From Bacteroidales bacterium (lineage in GTDB: Bacteria; Bacteroidota; Bacteroidia; Bacteroidales; B18-G4), in assembly GCA_018400295.1 (NCBI GenBank), contig JAGYMZ010000002.1, positions 3,106-67,105 on the forward strand: a stretch of DNA of 64,000 nt. Reading direction: 5' to 3'. The notes under the pieces were generated by a model, which was not told where the DNA came from, did not search any database, and was given only the letters and a program-made list of their open reading frames with translations. A program made the position numbers and the translations under genes. Positions 9,951-19,810 of this stretch are shown one piece after another; positions within the stretch are counted from its first letter, which is position 1, and each line of letters starts with the position of its first letter.

Positions 9951-11243
9951 ATGAAAAAGATTTCCAAAACGAACTATCGGCTGCGGTCGATCGCGTCCGG
10001 TGCGGTATTTGACGACGAAGGGTGGACCCTTGAGGCCCCGGATGAACTGAGGCCGGGATTGATCCGGGCACTGTATGAAAAGAAACAAATAGATTTCAAA
10101 GATCCATCCCTCGGCATATACCGTTTTGCCGACTGGCTTCCGGTCAACAATTTCCTGGAAGGGTCTTCGGCTCCGGTGACGTATAAAAGCGAAGGGTTGG
10201 CCGGGCAACTTGGCTTAACCAATCTTTACATCACCTTCAGCGGTTATTGGCCGGAAAAGGATGCCTTTATGAACACATGTTCATTTAAGGAAACCGAGGC
10301 TTTTTCTGTTTGCGGCCGTTTAAACCACTGTAATAGCAAGGTCTTGGTGGTGGCTTCTGCAGGCAATACTTCAAGAAGTTTTGCCCGTGTCTGTTCCGAT
10401 CATAAGATCCCTTTGTTGATCTGTGTCCCGGAAGATAATACCGATGCATTGTGGTTTGATGCGCCCATCGATGAAAATTATGTAAAACTGATCGTCAGCC
10501 GCACGGGAAGTGATTATTTCGACGCCATTTATTTATCCAACATTGCCTGCCGGCATCCGGATTTCATCCCGGAAGGGGGCGCGAAAAATATTGCCCGCCG
10601 TGATGGTATGGGCACCACCGTGCTCTCCGCTGTGGAACATATTGGAAGGATCCCGGAATATTATTTCCAGGCCATTGGAAGCGGCACCGGTGCCATTGCA
10701 GCCTGGGAAGCTTCGCTCAGACTTTTGGAGGACGGCCGCTTCGGGACTCACAAAATGAAACTCATGGTTTCACAGAATCATCCTTTTACACCCATCATGG
10801 ATTCCTGGCTGGCCGGTTCCAGGGATATCCTGCCCATGAATGATGAAGAAGCCAGGGGCAAAGTGGAAAAGATCATGGCCAAGGTATTGTCCAACCGAAA
10901 ACCCCCCTACGCACTGGCCGGTGGTTTGTATGATGCATTAAAGGATGCCGGAGGCGAAGTCCTGGCTGCAACCAACCGGGAAGCCGAAGAAGCCGGCCGG
11001 CTCTTTGAAGAAATTGAAGGAATTGACCTGCATCCTGCCGCCTCAGTTGCTACGGCCACGCTGATCCGTGCGGTGAAGGATCAAAAGGTGGATAAGGACT
11101 CGCTTATTATGCTGAACATCACCGGAGGAGGTGAAAAGAAGTTCATGTCCGACAAAGCGCTCTATTATTTAAAGCCCTCTGAAATTTTTGACATGAATCC
11201 TACCGTGGCGGAAGTCCATGCACGTTTGGATCGGTTGTTTTAA
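9951..11243 (+). CDS. Threonine-synthase-family PLP enzyme (possible cysteate synthase)
   Basis: 430 aa; fold-type-II PLP lysine context CSFKETEAF; IYRFADWLPV; AIGSGTGAIAAWEA glycine loop; NITGGG near the C-terminus. The subfamily assignment is from memory of cysteate synthase annotations, not from a search. Confidence 0.6.
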   Translation: MKKISKTNYRLRSIASGAVFDDEGWTLEAPDELRPGLIRALYEKKQIDFKDPSLGIYRFADWLPVNNFLEGSSAPVTYKSEGLAGQLGLTNLYITFSGYWPEKDAFMNTCSFKETEAFSVCGRLNHCNSKVLVVASAGNTSRSFARVCSDHKIPLLICVPEDNTDALWFDAPIDENYVKLIVSRTGSDYFDAIYLSNIACRHPDFIPEGGAKNIARRDGMGTTVLSAVEHIGRIPEYYFQAIGSGTGAIAAWEASLRLLEDGRFGTHKMKLMVSQNHPFTPIMDSWLAGSRDILPMNDEEARGKVEKIMAKVLSNRKPPYALAGGLYDALKDAGGEVLAATNREAEEAGRLFEEIEGIDLHPAASVATATLIRAVKDQKVDKDSLIMLNITGGGEKKFMSDKALYYLKPSEIFDMNPTVAEVHARLDRLF

Positions 11244-11252
11244 TTGCCTGTA

Positions 11253-11798
11253 TTATTCGTGTTCAGAAAGCAGTTCTATGATCTTATGGTTGAAGGCCGG
11301 TATATCTTGAGGATTCCGGCTTGTGATCAGGTTCCCGTCCGTTACGACTTCTCTGTCTACCCAGTCTGCCCCGGCATTTTGAAGATCTGTTTTAATGGAC
11401 GAGAACGAGGTCATGGTTTTTCCCCTGAGCATACCTGTTTCGATTAAAGTCTGGGCACCATGGCAAATGGCGGCAACGGGCTTATTTTTTGCCAGAAAAT
11501 TGCCTGCCAGTTCCACAACCTTTACATTCCTTCGCAGTTTGTCGGGGTTGATCACCCCGCCGGGAAGTATCAGCATGTCATAATCATCCGCATCCGCGTC
11601 ATCAACGCTTACATCTACCTTGTATGTGCCGCCCCAGTCTGTATGGTCCCATGCTTTCAGGTCTTCTGTGCAGGGTGAGACAATATCCGTCCGGGCTCCG
11701 TTTTCTTTCAGTGTTCTCAACGGACGGGTCAGTTCTTCTTCTTCAAACCCGTTTTCTACCAAAAAAGCGATTCTTTTATTTTCCAGTTTTTTTATCAT
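11253..11798 (-). CDS. DJ-1/PfpI-family protein (type 1 glutamine amidotransferase-like)
   Basis: 181 aa; nucleophile elbow AAICHGAQ; ILPGG; VTDGNLITSR. Confidence 0.85.
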   Translation of the reverse strand: MIKKLENKRIAFLVENGFEEEELTRPLRTLKENGARTDIVSPCTEDLKAWDHTDWGGTYKVDVSVDDADADDYDMLILPGGVINPDKLRRNVKVVELAGNFLAKNKPVAAICHGAQTLIETGMLRGKTMTSFSSIKTDLQNAGADWVDREVVTDGNLITSRNPQDIPAFNHKIIELLSEHE

Positions 11799-12110
11799 AC
11801 CTTGTTTTTTTTATACATTCCTGCAAAAGACAGGCAACCTCTAATGTTTAGCATTATGTTCTTTCTTTTCCGGGTTTCCTTTACAAGGATTTGCGCATCC
11901 CCCGGTTCCCTTCATAGCATACCAAAAGCCGGCCGGCAATTTCCCGGATCCTGTCTGTTCTTTATTGGTGGGGGAAATGCGGGAACATGGTCCGCCATTG
12001 ACTAATGTATCTGTGGAAATATATTCCCAGGGTGTACCATTCTTTCCGGATTGGCGCTTTTGAACAATTTACGGCATTCAGGCATTTATCAATCTAAAAC
12101 CAACGTAATT

Positions 12111-12503
12111 ATGGATATATATTTTGCAGGGAATAAAAAAGTGTATGCGGATGTTGCCGGGTTTACCATCAAAACCGATCAATCGCCTCAAAGTGGTGGC
12201 GAAGGTGAGTATCCGGAACCATTCATGATTTTTTTGGCTTCCCTTGGCGCATGTGCAGGGATCTATGTTAAGGTTTTTTGCGACCAAAGGGGGATACCCA
12301 CGGAGCATATAAAACTAACGCAGGATCAGCAGTTTAATCCCGTAAAAAAAATGATCGATACCGTTCGCATTCAAATCCATGTACCGGATGATTTTCCTGA
12401 AAAATATGAAAAGGCCATGATCCAAACGGTGGGTTTGTGTACTGTCAAAAAGCATCTTCATGAAGAGATATCGGTTGATGTGCGTGTGGAAAGAGGTTCC
12501 TGA
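12111..12503 (+). CDS. OsmC-family peroxiredoxin-like protein
   Basis: Track ORF 12051 starts at TTG; first ATG is at 12111. Two conserved Cys contexts, LASLGACAG and VGLCTVKKHL. Confidence 0.75.
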   Translation: MDIYFAGNKKVYADVAGFTIKTDQSPQSGGEGEYPEPFMIFLASLGACAGIYVKVFCDQRGIPTEHIKLTQDQQFNPVKKMIDTVRIQIHVPDDFPEKYEKAMIQTVGLCTVKKHLHEEISVDVRVERGS

Positions 12504-12524
12504 TATTTTCCGCTGATTGTTGTT

Positions 12525-13031
12525 TTAGAGCAGGATCAATCCCAGGACCGTAACGATCGTGATCATTAGTAAGAATATAAGGACCAGGCGTTTTCTGTAT
12601 GCTTTATTCTTTTTTCTGAGATCGGTGATCTCATTTTTGAGTTCCTGGATTTCGAAGACATTGGATATGGATTTGATCAGGTTTTCAAAAAAGACGTCAT
12701 CTTTCAATATGTAATCAACCGCCCCCTTTTTCAATAGATTTACGGCTTCTTTCAGGTCCTCCATGGAGGTAAGCATAATTACGTTCAGGCCGGGATATTT
12801 TTGAAGGGCGATCCTGAGTATTTCTGCGCCGTTTTTAGCATTGGGCACGGTGCTGTCGAGCTGATAATCCAGAATGATCACATCCGGTGTTTTATCCAGT
12901 TGGGCGAGCATGTCTTCTCCGGTATGAAATACTTCAACATCGCATTTCATGCGGTTTTTCAGTCCGTTGCTTACGGTGGAAGCGAAAAATTCATTGTCTT
13001 CAACAAAAAAGATGCATTTTTTTGTATCCAT
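12525..13031 (-). CDS. Single-domain response regulator (REC) with C-terminal coiled coil and transmembrane anchor
   Basis: 168 aa; receiver residues FFVEDN, VIILDYQL (phospho-Asp), IMLTS and KKGA; then ELKNEITDLRKKNKAYRK and a hydrophobic tail LVLIFLLMITIVTVLGLILL. No output domain. Confidence 0.8.
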   Translation of the reverse strand: MDTKKCIFFVEDNEFFASTVSNGLKNRMKCDVEVFHTGEDMLAQLDKTPDVIILDYQLDSTVPNAKNGAEILRIALQKYPGLNVIMLTSMEDLKEAVNLLKKGAVDYILKDDVFFENLIKSISNVFEIQELKNEITDLRKKNKAYRKRLVLIFLLMITIVTVLGLILL

Positions 13032-13040
13032 TTTTTGTCC

Positions 13041-14213
13041 TTATTTGAGGTTTTTTTGCAGGAAACGGTTTTCAGATACAATGTCATCTGCTTTATTACC
13101 CAGGAAGCGTGCTTTTATTTTGTTCAGGATGATCCTCCGGATATTGAGCATTTCCGTCAGAAGGACGGCCATTACAAACAAGACCGGAATGGAGAAATTG
13201 GGATTCAGGTCTTTCAGCAAAAATCCCGCTGCGATGATCGATAGATTGGAAACATAAAGGATGATGGCGGCTTTTTTATGATTATAACCGGTTTCGGTCA
13301 AAAGGTGATGAATGTGATTTTTATCCGGCCGGAAGGGTGATTTTTTATGTTGGATCCTGACGATGGCAACACGGATTGTATCGTAAACCGGAATTAACAA
13401 GATGCCTGAGATAACGATCATAATATTTCCTGAAATGTTGATGGCGGAGGAGATCGCTGTGGCATGTTGAATGATGAAGATCCCAAGCAGGCTCATGGTG
13501 AAGCCAATGACCAGTGACCCCGTATCGCCCATAAATATTTTCGCCGGATAAAAATTATACCTCAGGAAAGCAATTAAACTTCCTGCGAGGGCAAAAGCAA
13601 TCATCCCGAAGATATAATATCCGGAAAGGGTAAGGATAACCCCCATGAAAACAGCGTTGATCAAAGCGATCCCCCCTGCCAGTCCGTCGATGCCGTCAAT
13701 AAGGTTAAATGCATTGGTTACGCCGGCGATCAGGATGATCGTCAGTATGTACTGGGCCACGACCGGGATTTCATAAATGCCCAGAAACCCGGAAAGCGAT
13801 TCGATGCGGATTCCGCTGAATGCAATGAGAAATGCCGTAATGATCTGGAAAAGCAATTTTCTGGATGCGGAAAGTTCTTTCAGGTCATCTATGATCCCGA
13901 GGAAAAATAAGATCAGTAATGAAGCGGTGATAAAAAGGATCTGGGCATTGATACCGGGAATTGTCCAGGGAAGGGAAGCAATGAAAAATCCCATAAAAAT
14001 ACCGGCCCCGCCGAGCGTGGGTACGGGAACCTTATGTGCTTTCCGTTGGCCGGGGATGTCAACAAAATTGTGTTTTTTCGATATCCGTATGATTGGGGGA
14101 ATGAGTACATAGGTGATGATAAAGCTTATCAGGATGACTCCCGGAATATTAATCCACAAATCATGCACCCCGGCTATATGGTATAATCCCGAATTATTCA
14201 ATAGTGCTTGCAT
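13041..14213 (-). CDS. Polyprenyl-phosphate N-acetylhexosamine-1-phosphate transferase (MraY/WecA family)
   Basis: 390 aa; about 10-11 TM segments; IIDDLKELS, NAFNLIDGIDGLAGG and HIHH strings of the MraY/WecA family. Confidence 0.85.
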   Translation of the reverse strand: MQALLNNSGLYHIAGVHDLWINIPGVILISFIITYVLIPPIIRISKKHNFVDIPGQRKAHKVPVPTLGGAGIFMGFFIASLPWTIPGINAQILFITASLLILFFLGIIDDLKELSASRKLLFQIITAFLIAFSGIRIESLSGFLGIYEIPVVAQYILTIILIAGVTNAFNLIDGIDGLAGGIALINAVFMGVILTLSGYYIFGMIAFALAGSLIAFLRYNFYPAKIFMGDTGSLVIGFTMSLLGIFIIQHATAISSAINISGNIMIVISGILLIPVYDTIRVAIVRIQHKKSPFRPDKNHIHHLLTETGYNHKKAAIILYVSNLSIIAAGFLLKDLNPNFSIPVLFVMAVLLTEMLNIRRIILNKIKARFLGNKADDIVSENRFLQKNLK

Positions 14214-14549
14214 CTATGCAAAGGTATAAACAGATCTGAATATTTTAGTTTTTTGATACCGCATAAATCCTTAAATTTAAATTTTCTAACGGTGAATGAT
14301 CTTTTCGACCTGTTTTATGCGATATATTATGAAGTTTTCAATGGCTTCACAGCACAAATTGCTGGTACAGGAAAAGAGATTGCCCTTGAGAAATGGTAAT
14401 TCCTGTGCCATAAACGGTAATGGATCATTCCTTTTTAACGAATGTATAAAAAATTTGTTTAAATATTCAACAAATATTATTGAATAATAGCCGTTTGCAC
14501 TTATTTCCGGTGGCAGATAACCTCTAAATGAAAACTGACATATACAACC

Positions 14550-17309
14550 ATGGACAAAACTTGCTTGCAGATACTAAAAATCCTTGACACATTTACGCAA
14601 AAACTATCCGGTTTGGATGATCTGAATTTCCTTGCCAGGGAGGTTCATAAGATCGTTGAAGGGATTTTCCCGGAGGTTTATACAAGTTTATACCTGTACG
14701 ATACCGGTGAAGGCCGTCTTCAATTATTGTTTTCCGCAGGATTGGACAAGAAAGAAAAGGAAAGTGCGGAAAGTACCGCGATGGAGCGCCATCCGGGACA
14801 TGTTCTGAAAACAGGGGAACGTATACTTGTCAGCGATGCGGCAAACGATCCACTGAATTTCTCTGCGAACAGTCCGTATCGGTTTACAGTCCGGTCCGGG
14901 GTTTATATTCCGGTAAAAAATAATGGCACGACCATAGGGGTCTTAGAAGTTGTCGGTGAAGGAAAAAATCGCTTTTCCGGAGAAGATGCCATATTGCTTT
15001 CTTTCATATCCAACCTTGCGGGATCCATTTATGGCTATATCCGTACCATGAACGAAATTCTCAAGGCAAAGGATGCAATTGAGCACCTTTCCAGTTTCCC
15101 TGTTCAAAATCCCAACCCCGTCATCCGCATCTCTATGGATGGCATTGTCTTGTTTGCCAATCCGGCCAGCACCGGCCTGTTAAAAGCCAGGGATTGTTAT
15201 GTTGGCAAAAAGGTAACCCCTGACCTGCAGCAACTGCTGGATAAGGCCAGAGGATCAAACGCCGTTTTTGAGACCGAAATGAACATTGGCGACAAGTACT
15301 ATTTAATGGTGTTTGACCCGCAACCGGAGCATCATTATATCAATATATACGGTCAGGAGATCACAGACAGGAAATTGGCCGAAAAAGAGCTTAAAAAGCA
15401 TGCATTAATTGCCCGGGAGACTGATAATGCGTTGATCATTACGGATAAGCATGGTCGTGTTGAATGGGTGAACAGGGGGTTTACCCGCATCACAGAATAC
15501 TCCCTGGAAGAGATCAAAGGTAAAAAGCCGGGAGATGTATTGCAGGGGCCTAAAACGGACCCAAAGACAATTGACCGGATAGCCCGGGCCATTAAAATGA
15601 AAGAGCCGGTTGAAACCGACATTCTCAATTACACGAAATCCGGCAGGGAATATTGGGTTCAAATGCACATACAACCTGTGTTCGGGGACAACAACCAGAT
15701 ACTGAACTTTATTTCTATTCAGAGCGACATAACCGAGAAGAAGTTATCGGAGATCCGGCTGAAAGAGGCAAAAGAAAAGGCCGAAGAAGCCTCCAAAACC
15801 AAAGAACGGTTCCTGGCCAATATGAGCCATGAGATCCGTACACCCATGAATACGGTGCATGGTATGGTTCAGTTGCTTGAAAATACGGAGCTGGATAATG
15901 AGCAGAAAAACTATGTTGAAAGCATCCATTTGTCGTCTCACAACCTGCTCCATATCATTGACGATATCCTGGATATGTCCAAGATCGAATCCGACATACT
16001 TCAGTTGGAACAAAAGCCTTTCAATCTGAACATTTTGATCAGAAAAATGGTCCGTTCCCTGGAATACATCGCGGTTGAAAAATCCCTGCTGCTAACCCAT
16101 AAGGTCGATGATCGCATAGCTCCTGTTTTAATGGGCGATTCGTCGCGGCTGAATCAGATCCTGCTCAATCTGTTGGGCAATGCGATAAAATTTACCACCA
16201 CGGGGTATGTCCGGATTAATTGCAGGCTGGAGCAGGAAAACGAAACCGGCAACAAGGTCTTGTTTTCTATTGAAGACAGTGGCCAGGGAATATCCCGGCA
16301 AAATCTGGAAAACATTTTCGAACCTTTTCGCCAGGAGGATGACAGTCATACGCGGACTGCCGGGGGCACGGGACTGGGACTGGCCATCAGTAAGCGCTTG
16401 ATTGACCTGATGGGAGGAGAGATCAGGGTCCACAGCGAACGGGATAAGGGAAGCAAATTCTGGTTTGTCCTGGAATTTGCAAAGGGGCTTGAACAAGATC
16501 TGATAGAACTTGAGCGAAAAGCCATCGTAGATCCGGATATCCTGAGAGGGAAACGGATCCTTTTGGCAGAAGATAACCGCTTCAATCAGAAGATCGTCGA
16601 GATCAATGTCAAGAAGTGGAATGCGGAGCTGGATATTGTGGACAACGGCCTTAAGGCTGTTCAGGCCGCCAGGGACAAAAATTATGACCTCATCATTATG
16701 GATAAGCAAATGCCGGTGATGGACGGGATCCTTGCCAGTCGAAAGATACGGGGGGAGCTGGGTAAGAGCATTCCCATTCTTGCCCTCACGGCCAATGTGA
16801 TGAAAGAAGTCATCGAAGAATGTTACGATTCCGGAATGGATGATTACCTTGCCAAACCATTTGAACAGGATGTGCTTTTTGAGAAAGTGTGTATCCTGTT
16901 GGGAAAGGAGGTAAGCTATTCCATCCCCGAAAACATTAGCAGTCGTGGATTTGAAAAGGAGATTGAGGGCAAGGCGCTGTTCCGGCTGGACAGTCTGAAA
17001 GCCCTTGGTGATGACCCGGAATTTATTAAAAGTTCCCTGACCATTTTCATCAAATTATCGGAAGAAGGTTTGCGGGATTTGAACGAAGCATTCAGAAAAA
17101 AGGATTATCAGGCACTGGAAAGAAAGGCGCATTTTCTGAAATCCAATATCCTGCAACTTCAGATAGATGTTCTGAAGCCGGTGGTTATTGATATCATGAA
17201 GTTTTCATTGCAGGAGCCCATGCATGATCAGTTACCGCCACTTATTGAGAAGATGAATATTGTTTTGGGAAAAGTTATCGAAACGATCAAAAAAGAATAC
17301 GATGTCTGA
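14550..17309 (+). CDS. Hybrid sensor histidine kinase (GAF-PAS-PAS-HisKA-HATPase-REC-HPt)
   Basis: 919 aa; H-box MSHEIRTPMNTV; GGTGLGLAISKRL; receiver ILLAEDN..IIMDKQMPVMDG..LTAN; C-terminal HPt histidine in AHFLKSN. Confidence 0.9.
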   Translation: MDKTCLQILKILDTFTQKLSGLDDLNFLAREVHKIVEGIFPEVYTSLYLYDTGEGRLQLLFSAGLDKKEKESAESTAMERHPGHVLKTGERILVSDAANDPLNFSANSPYRFTVRSGVYIPVKNNGTTIGVLEVVGEGKNRFSGEDAILLSFISNLAGSIYGYIRTMNEILKAKDAIEHLSSFPVQNPNPVIRISMDGIVLFANPASTGLLKARDCYVGKKVTPDLQQLLDKARGSNAVFETEMNIGDKYYLMVFDPQPEHHYINIYGQEITDRKLAEKELKKHALIARETDNALIITDKHGRVEWVNRGFTRITEYSLEEIKGKKPGDVLQGPKTDPKTIDRIARAIKMKEPVETDILNYTKSGREYWVQMHIQPVFGDNNQILNFISIQSDITEKKLSEIRLKEAKEKAEEASKTKERFLANMSHEIRTPMNTVHGMVQLLENTELDNEQKNYVESIHLSSHNLLHIIDDILDMSKIESDILQLEQKPFNLNILIRKMVRSLEYIAVEKSLLLTHKVDDRIAPVLMGDSSRLNQILLNLLGNAIKFTTTGYVRINCRLEQENETGNKVLFSIEDSGQGISRQNLENIFEPFRQEDDSHTRTAGGTGLGLAISKRLIDLMGGEIRVHSERDKGSKFWFVLEFAKGLEQDLIELERKAIVDPDILRGKRILLAEDNRFNQKIVEINVKKWNAELDIVDNGLKAVQAARDKNYDLIIMDKQMPVMDGILASRKIRGELGKSIPILALTANVMKEVIEECYDSGMDDYLAKPFEQDVLFEKVCILLGKEVSYSIPENISSRGFEKEIEGKALFRLDSLKALGDDPEFIKSSLTIFIKLSEEGLRDLNEAFRKKDYQALERKAHFLKSNILQLQIDVLKPVVIDIMKFSLQEPMHDQLPPLIEKMNIVLGKVIETIKKEYDV

Positions 17310-17311
17310 TC

Positions 17312-18076
17312 CTAAGCATGTTTGAAGAATTGCTGTATCTTGGATATGTTCTTGATCAATATGGCCGGAAATGGTTGAATGCTGTTATTATTCATGGCCC
17401 GTATGTCTTCCCTTGATTTTCGCAGGATGTTTTTGATGTTCTTGTTGCTCTGTCCGCCGATGCGCATTTTTACAATGATTTCCGGGAGATAATGGGTGCT
17501 GATGCGGTATTTCCAAAGGAACCTCAGTATGGAATCATAATCGGCCGCGATTTTGAAGTTCAGATCGAATTTTCCGTATTTTCCGTATATTTCTTTTTTA
17601 ACATAAAATGCCGGATGGGGAGGCATCCAGCCCCTTTTCAGTTTGCGAAGACTGAATTCGCCTGCTTTCCAGTACCTGAGTGTCTTTGCGGTGTTTTCTT
17701 TATGCACGTATAACAGGTCCCCGTAAACCGAATCGGTTTTTTGTTCTGAAAATGTTTTTGCAATGTTTTTGATTACATCCCTGCTTGCGAGGATGTCGTC
17801 CGAATGCACAAACCCGATCACGTCACCACCGGCCAGGTTTATTCCCTTGTTCAGTGCATCGTACAATCCCTCATCCGGTTCACTGATCGATCTGGTGATC
17901 TGGTCTCCATACGAATGTACTATGTCCATGGTATGGTCTGTGGAATTGCCGTCCACAATAATATACTCTATATTTTCGTAATCCTGGGCCAGTACCGACT
18001 CGATCGTATCCCTGATGGATGCCGCACTGTTGTATGAAGTGGTTATCAGCGATATTTTAAGATGTGCTTCCTGCAT
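17312..18076 (-). CDS. Glycosyltransferase family 2
   Basis: 254 aa; ISLITTSYNSAASIRDTIESVLAQDY..IEYIIVDGNSTD. Confidence 0.85.
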   Translation of the reverse strand: MQEAHLKISLITTSYNSAASIRDTIESVLAQDYENIEYIIVDGNSTDHTMDIVHSYGDQITRSISEPDEGLYDALNKGINLAGGDVIGFVHSDDILASRDVIKNIAKTFSEQKTDSVYGDLLYVHKENTAKTLRYWKAGEFSLRKLKRGWMPPHPAFYVKKEIYGKYGKFDLNFKIAADYDSILRFLWKYRISTHYLPEIIVKMRIGGQSNKNIKNILRKSREDIRAMNNNSIQPFPAILIKNISKIQQFFKHA

Positions 18077-18083
18077 GATGGTG

Positions 18084-18635
18084 TTATTGAATGATCCGGT
18101 CCTTTACTTTAACAGCCGGGTTGCCCTGGTAAATGGAAAAGGCTTCCAGATCACGGTTTGCAAGGGAACCGGCCGTCAAAACGGAATGGGAATGACATGT
18201 GATCCCCGGCGCCACTATGCTTTGGGCCCCGATCCAGGTGCCTTCCTCCAGTATGATCTTTCCGGTGATCAGGTCAAAGCTGCTTCGTGTATAATTGTGA
18301 TTTCCGCATAAAAGCATGGCTCCCTGTGAAATGCAACAATTATTTCCGATGACCACATCATCCAGATTATCGATCCAGACCGCTTCGCCAATCCAGACAT
18401 GATTGCCGATCTCAAGCCGCCAGGGGTGTTTGATATTCACCGAGGGCTTTATGACCAAGCCTGTCCCTGCTTTTGCACCGAACATTCTGAGCAAAAATCT
18501 TTTGAGTCTGCTACAGGTGGAAAAAGGACATTTGAAAAACACAATGTTGGTTATAAACCACAGGCCCCTTTGCAAAAATCCCGCCCCCGGGGTATAATCG
18601 CCGGGATCGTATTGTGACAGGTCTGTTTTTTTCAT
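18084..18635 (-). CDS. Hexapeptide-repeat O-acetyltransferase (WcaF-like)
   Basis: 183 aa; left-handed beta-helix repeats IGNHVWIGEAVWI, IGNNCCISQGAML and IGAQSIVAPGI. Confidence 0.8.
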   Translation of the reverse strand: MKKTDLSQYDPGDYTPGAGFLQRGLWFITNIVFFKCPFSTCSRLKRFLLRMFGAKAGTGLVIKPSVNIKHPWRLEIGNHVWIGEAVWIDNLDDVVIGNNCCISQGAMLLCGNHNYTRSSFDLITGKIILEEGTWIGAQSIVAPGITCHSHSVLTAGSLANRDLEAFSIYQGNPAVKVKDRIIQ

Positions 18636-19768
18636 TGGAACAACTTTTTACTATCGATCAATAATTGTTTGTTGCTGAAGAATTTCCTGGCTTTATCCAG
18701 GGCCCCTGCCGACCATTTCACATATTTTTCATGGTCCATGTCAAGGCAATGCTTTACCACCGATCCAAACCTGGCTTTCTGCTCCAGTGGAATATCCCAG
18801 CCTGCGTTATCCGCGGCCAGGTCCCTCCATGGTGTTTTATCGGATATGATCACCGGGCATCCCGCCATAAGGCTCTCCAGGATGCTGTGGCCGAAGTTTT
18901 CACCCTGGGTAGGCATCAGCATAAAATGATAATCCATGAGCAATTCCGGTATGTTGTCTGCATGGATACTCCCTTTATGCGTTACTTTAATATTTCCCGG
19001 AAGATCCTGGATCAGATGTTTGCATGATTTCCAGTATTCCTGGTTATAAATCTCACCAAATATATCAAAAATCACTTCTCCTTTATTCACATGACGCAGG
19101 ATATCAATCGCATATCCTGTGTTTTTCTCGGGTGAGATCCGTGCTATGCTGACCAGCCTGAGATTTCCGGGGATTTTTTCCCTGCCGGGCAATTTGCCGG
19201 GCAAATGTTTCCTGGGAAGGTTGGGTGCCAGAAATATATTTTTTTCCGGAATGCCGAGGTTCTTCTGAATATCGCGGGATTCCCTCTCCATTGTTGCATG
19301 GAATTCTGCTTTCCTGTATAAACGGGTGAGCCGGCAAAAGACAAAGAATAGTTTTTTCAGCCATTTTTTGGCGCTGAAGGTCTGGTCCGACAGCATGCCC
19401 CGGGGCGCTACCATATGCTTCTTCCGGTAGATACGGGAATAATACACGGGCACTATGGAAAAATAAAACGAATAGATCCCGTTGATGTATATTTTATCAT
19501 AACTGCCCCTGATGAAGGAAAGGATGGTCTTTCTGCATAGATGATCGCGGGAGATATAATATACGTGTATGTTTTTCCGGATCTCGTTCCATTCGTTGGC
19601 ACGGACGTTCGCATAGGGTTTGCTGCTCATATAATCCGTGTTCCTTGTGACGATATGAAAAGCATATTCATTGCTGAGCTGCTCCGTCAGGTTCAGCAAC
19701 GAACGGACAGGCCCTCCGGCCTTGTAGCCCGGCCAGAACCAGTCAATGAAAATCAACACAGATGTCAT
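18632..19768 (-). CDS. Glycosyltransferase family 4 (GT-B)
   Basis: 378 aa; PTQGENFGHSILESLMAGCPVIISD (E-x7-E type motif); 4-bp overlap with the downstream gene. Confidence 0.8.
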   Translation of the reverse strand: MTSVLIFIDWFWPGYKAGGPVRSLLNLTEQLSNEYAFHIVTRNTDYMSSKPYANVRANEWNEIRKNIHVYYISRDHLCRKTILSFIRGSYDKIYINGIYSFYFSIVPVYYSRIYRKKHMVAPRGMLSDQTFSAKKWLKKLFFVFCRLTRLYRKAEFHATMERESRDIQKNLGIPEKNIFLAPNLPRKHLPGKLPGREKIPGNLRLVSIARISPEKNTGYAIDILRHVNKGEVIFDIFGEIYNQEYWKSCKHLIQDLPGNIKVTHKGSIHADNIPELLMDYHFMLMPTQGENFGHSILESLMAGCPVIISDKTPWRDLAADNAGWDIPLEQKARFGSVVKHCLDMDHEKYVKWSAGALDKARKFFSNKQLLIDSKKLFQ

Positions 19769-19810
19769 GAATGCATTCCTTTCTCTTTCCTGTTTAATGC
19801 TTTGTTTTCA

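Noticed and set aside
11841-12068. 75-codon open frame on the minus strand in the PfpI-OsmC intergenic region (..GTPWEYISTDTLVNGGPCSRISPTNKEQTGSGKLPAGFWYAMKGTGGCANPCKGNPEKKEHNAKH*).
   Set aside because: The only ATG leaves a 24-aa peptide, and I recognise no family. It may be a gene remnant, but I cannot support it as a feature.
14208-14487. Two overlapping 63-aa ORFs in the 336-bp AT-rich region upstream of the hybrid kinase, and a 7-bp inverted repeat TATTCAA-N9-TTGAATA at about 14465-14487.
   Set aside because: The ORFs have no motifs and AT-rich, low-complexity translations. The inverted repeat is short and AT-rich, so chance occurrence is likely. The region is most simply a divergent promoter region.
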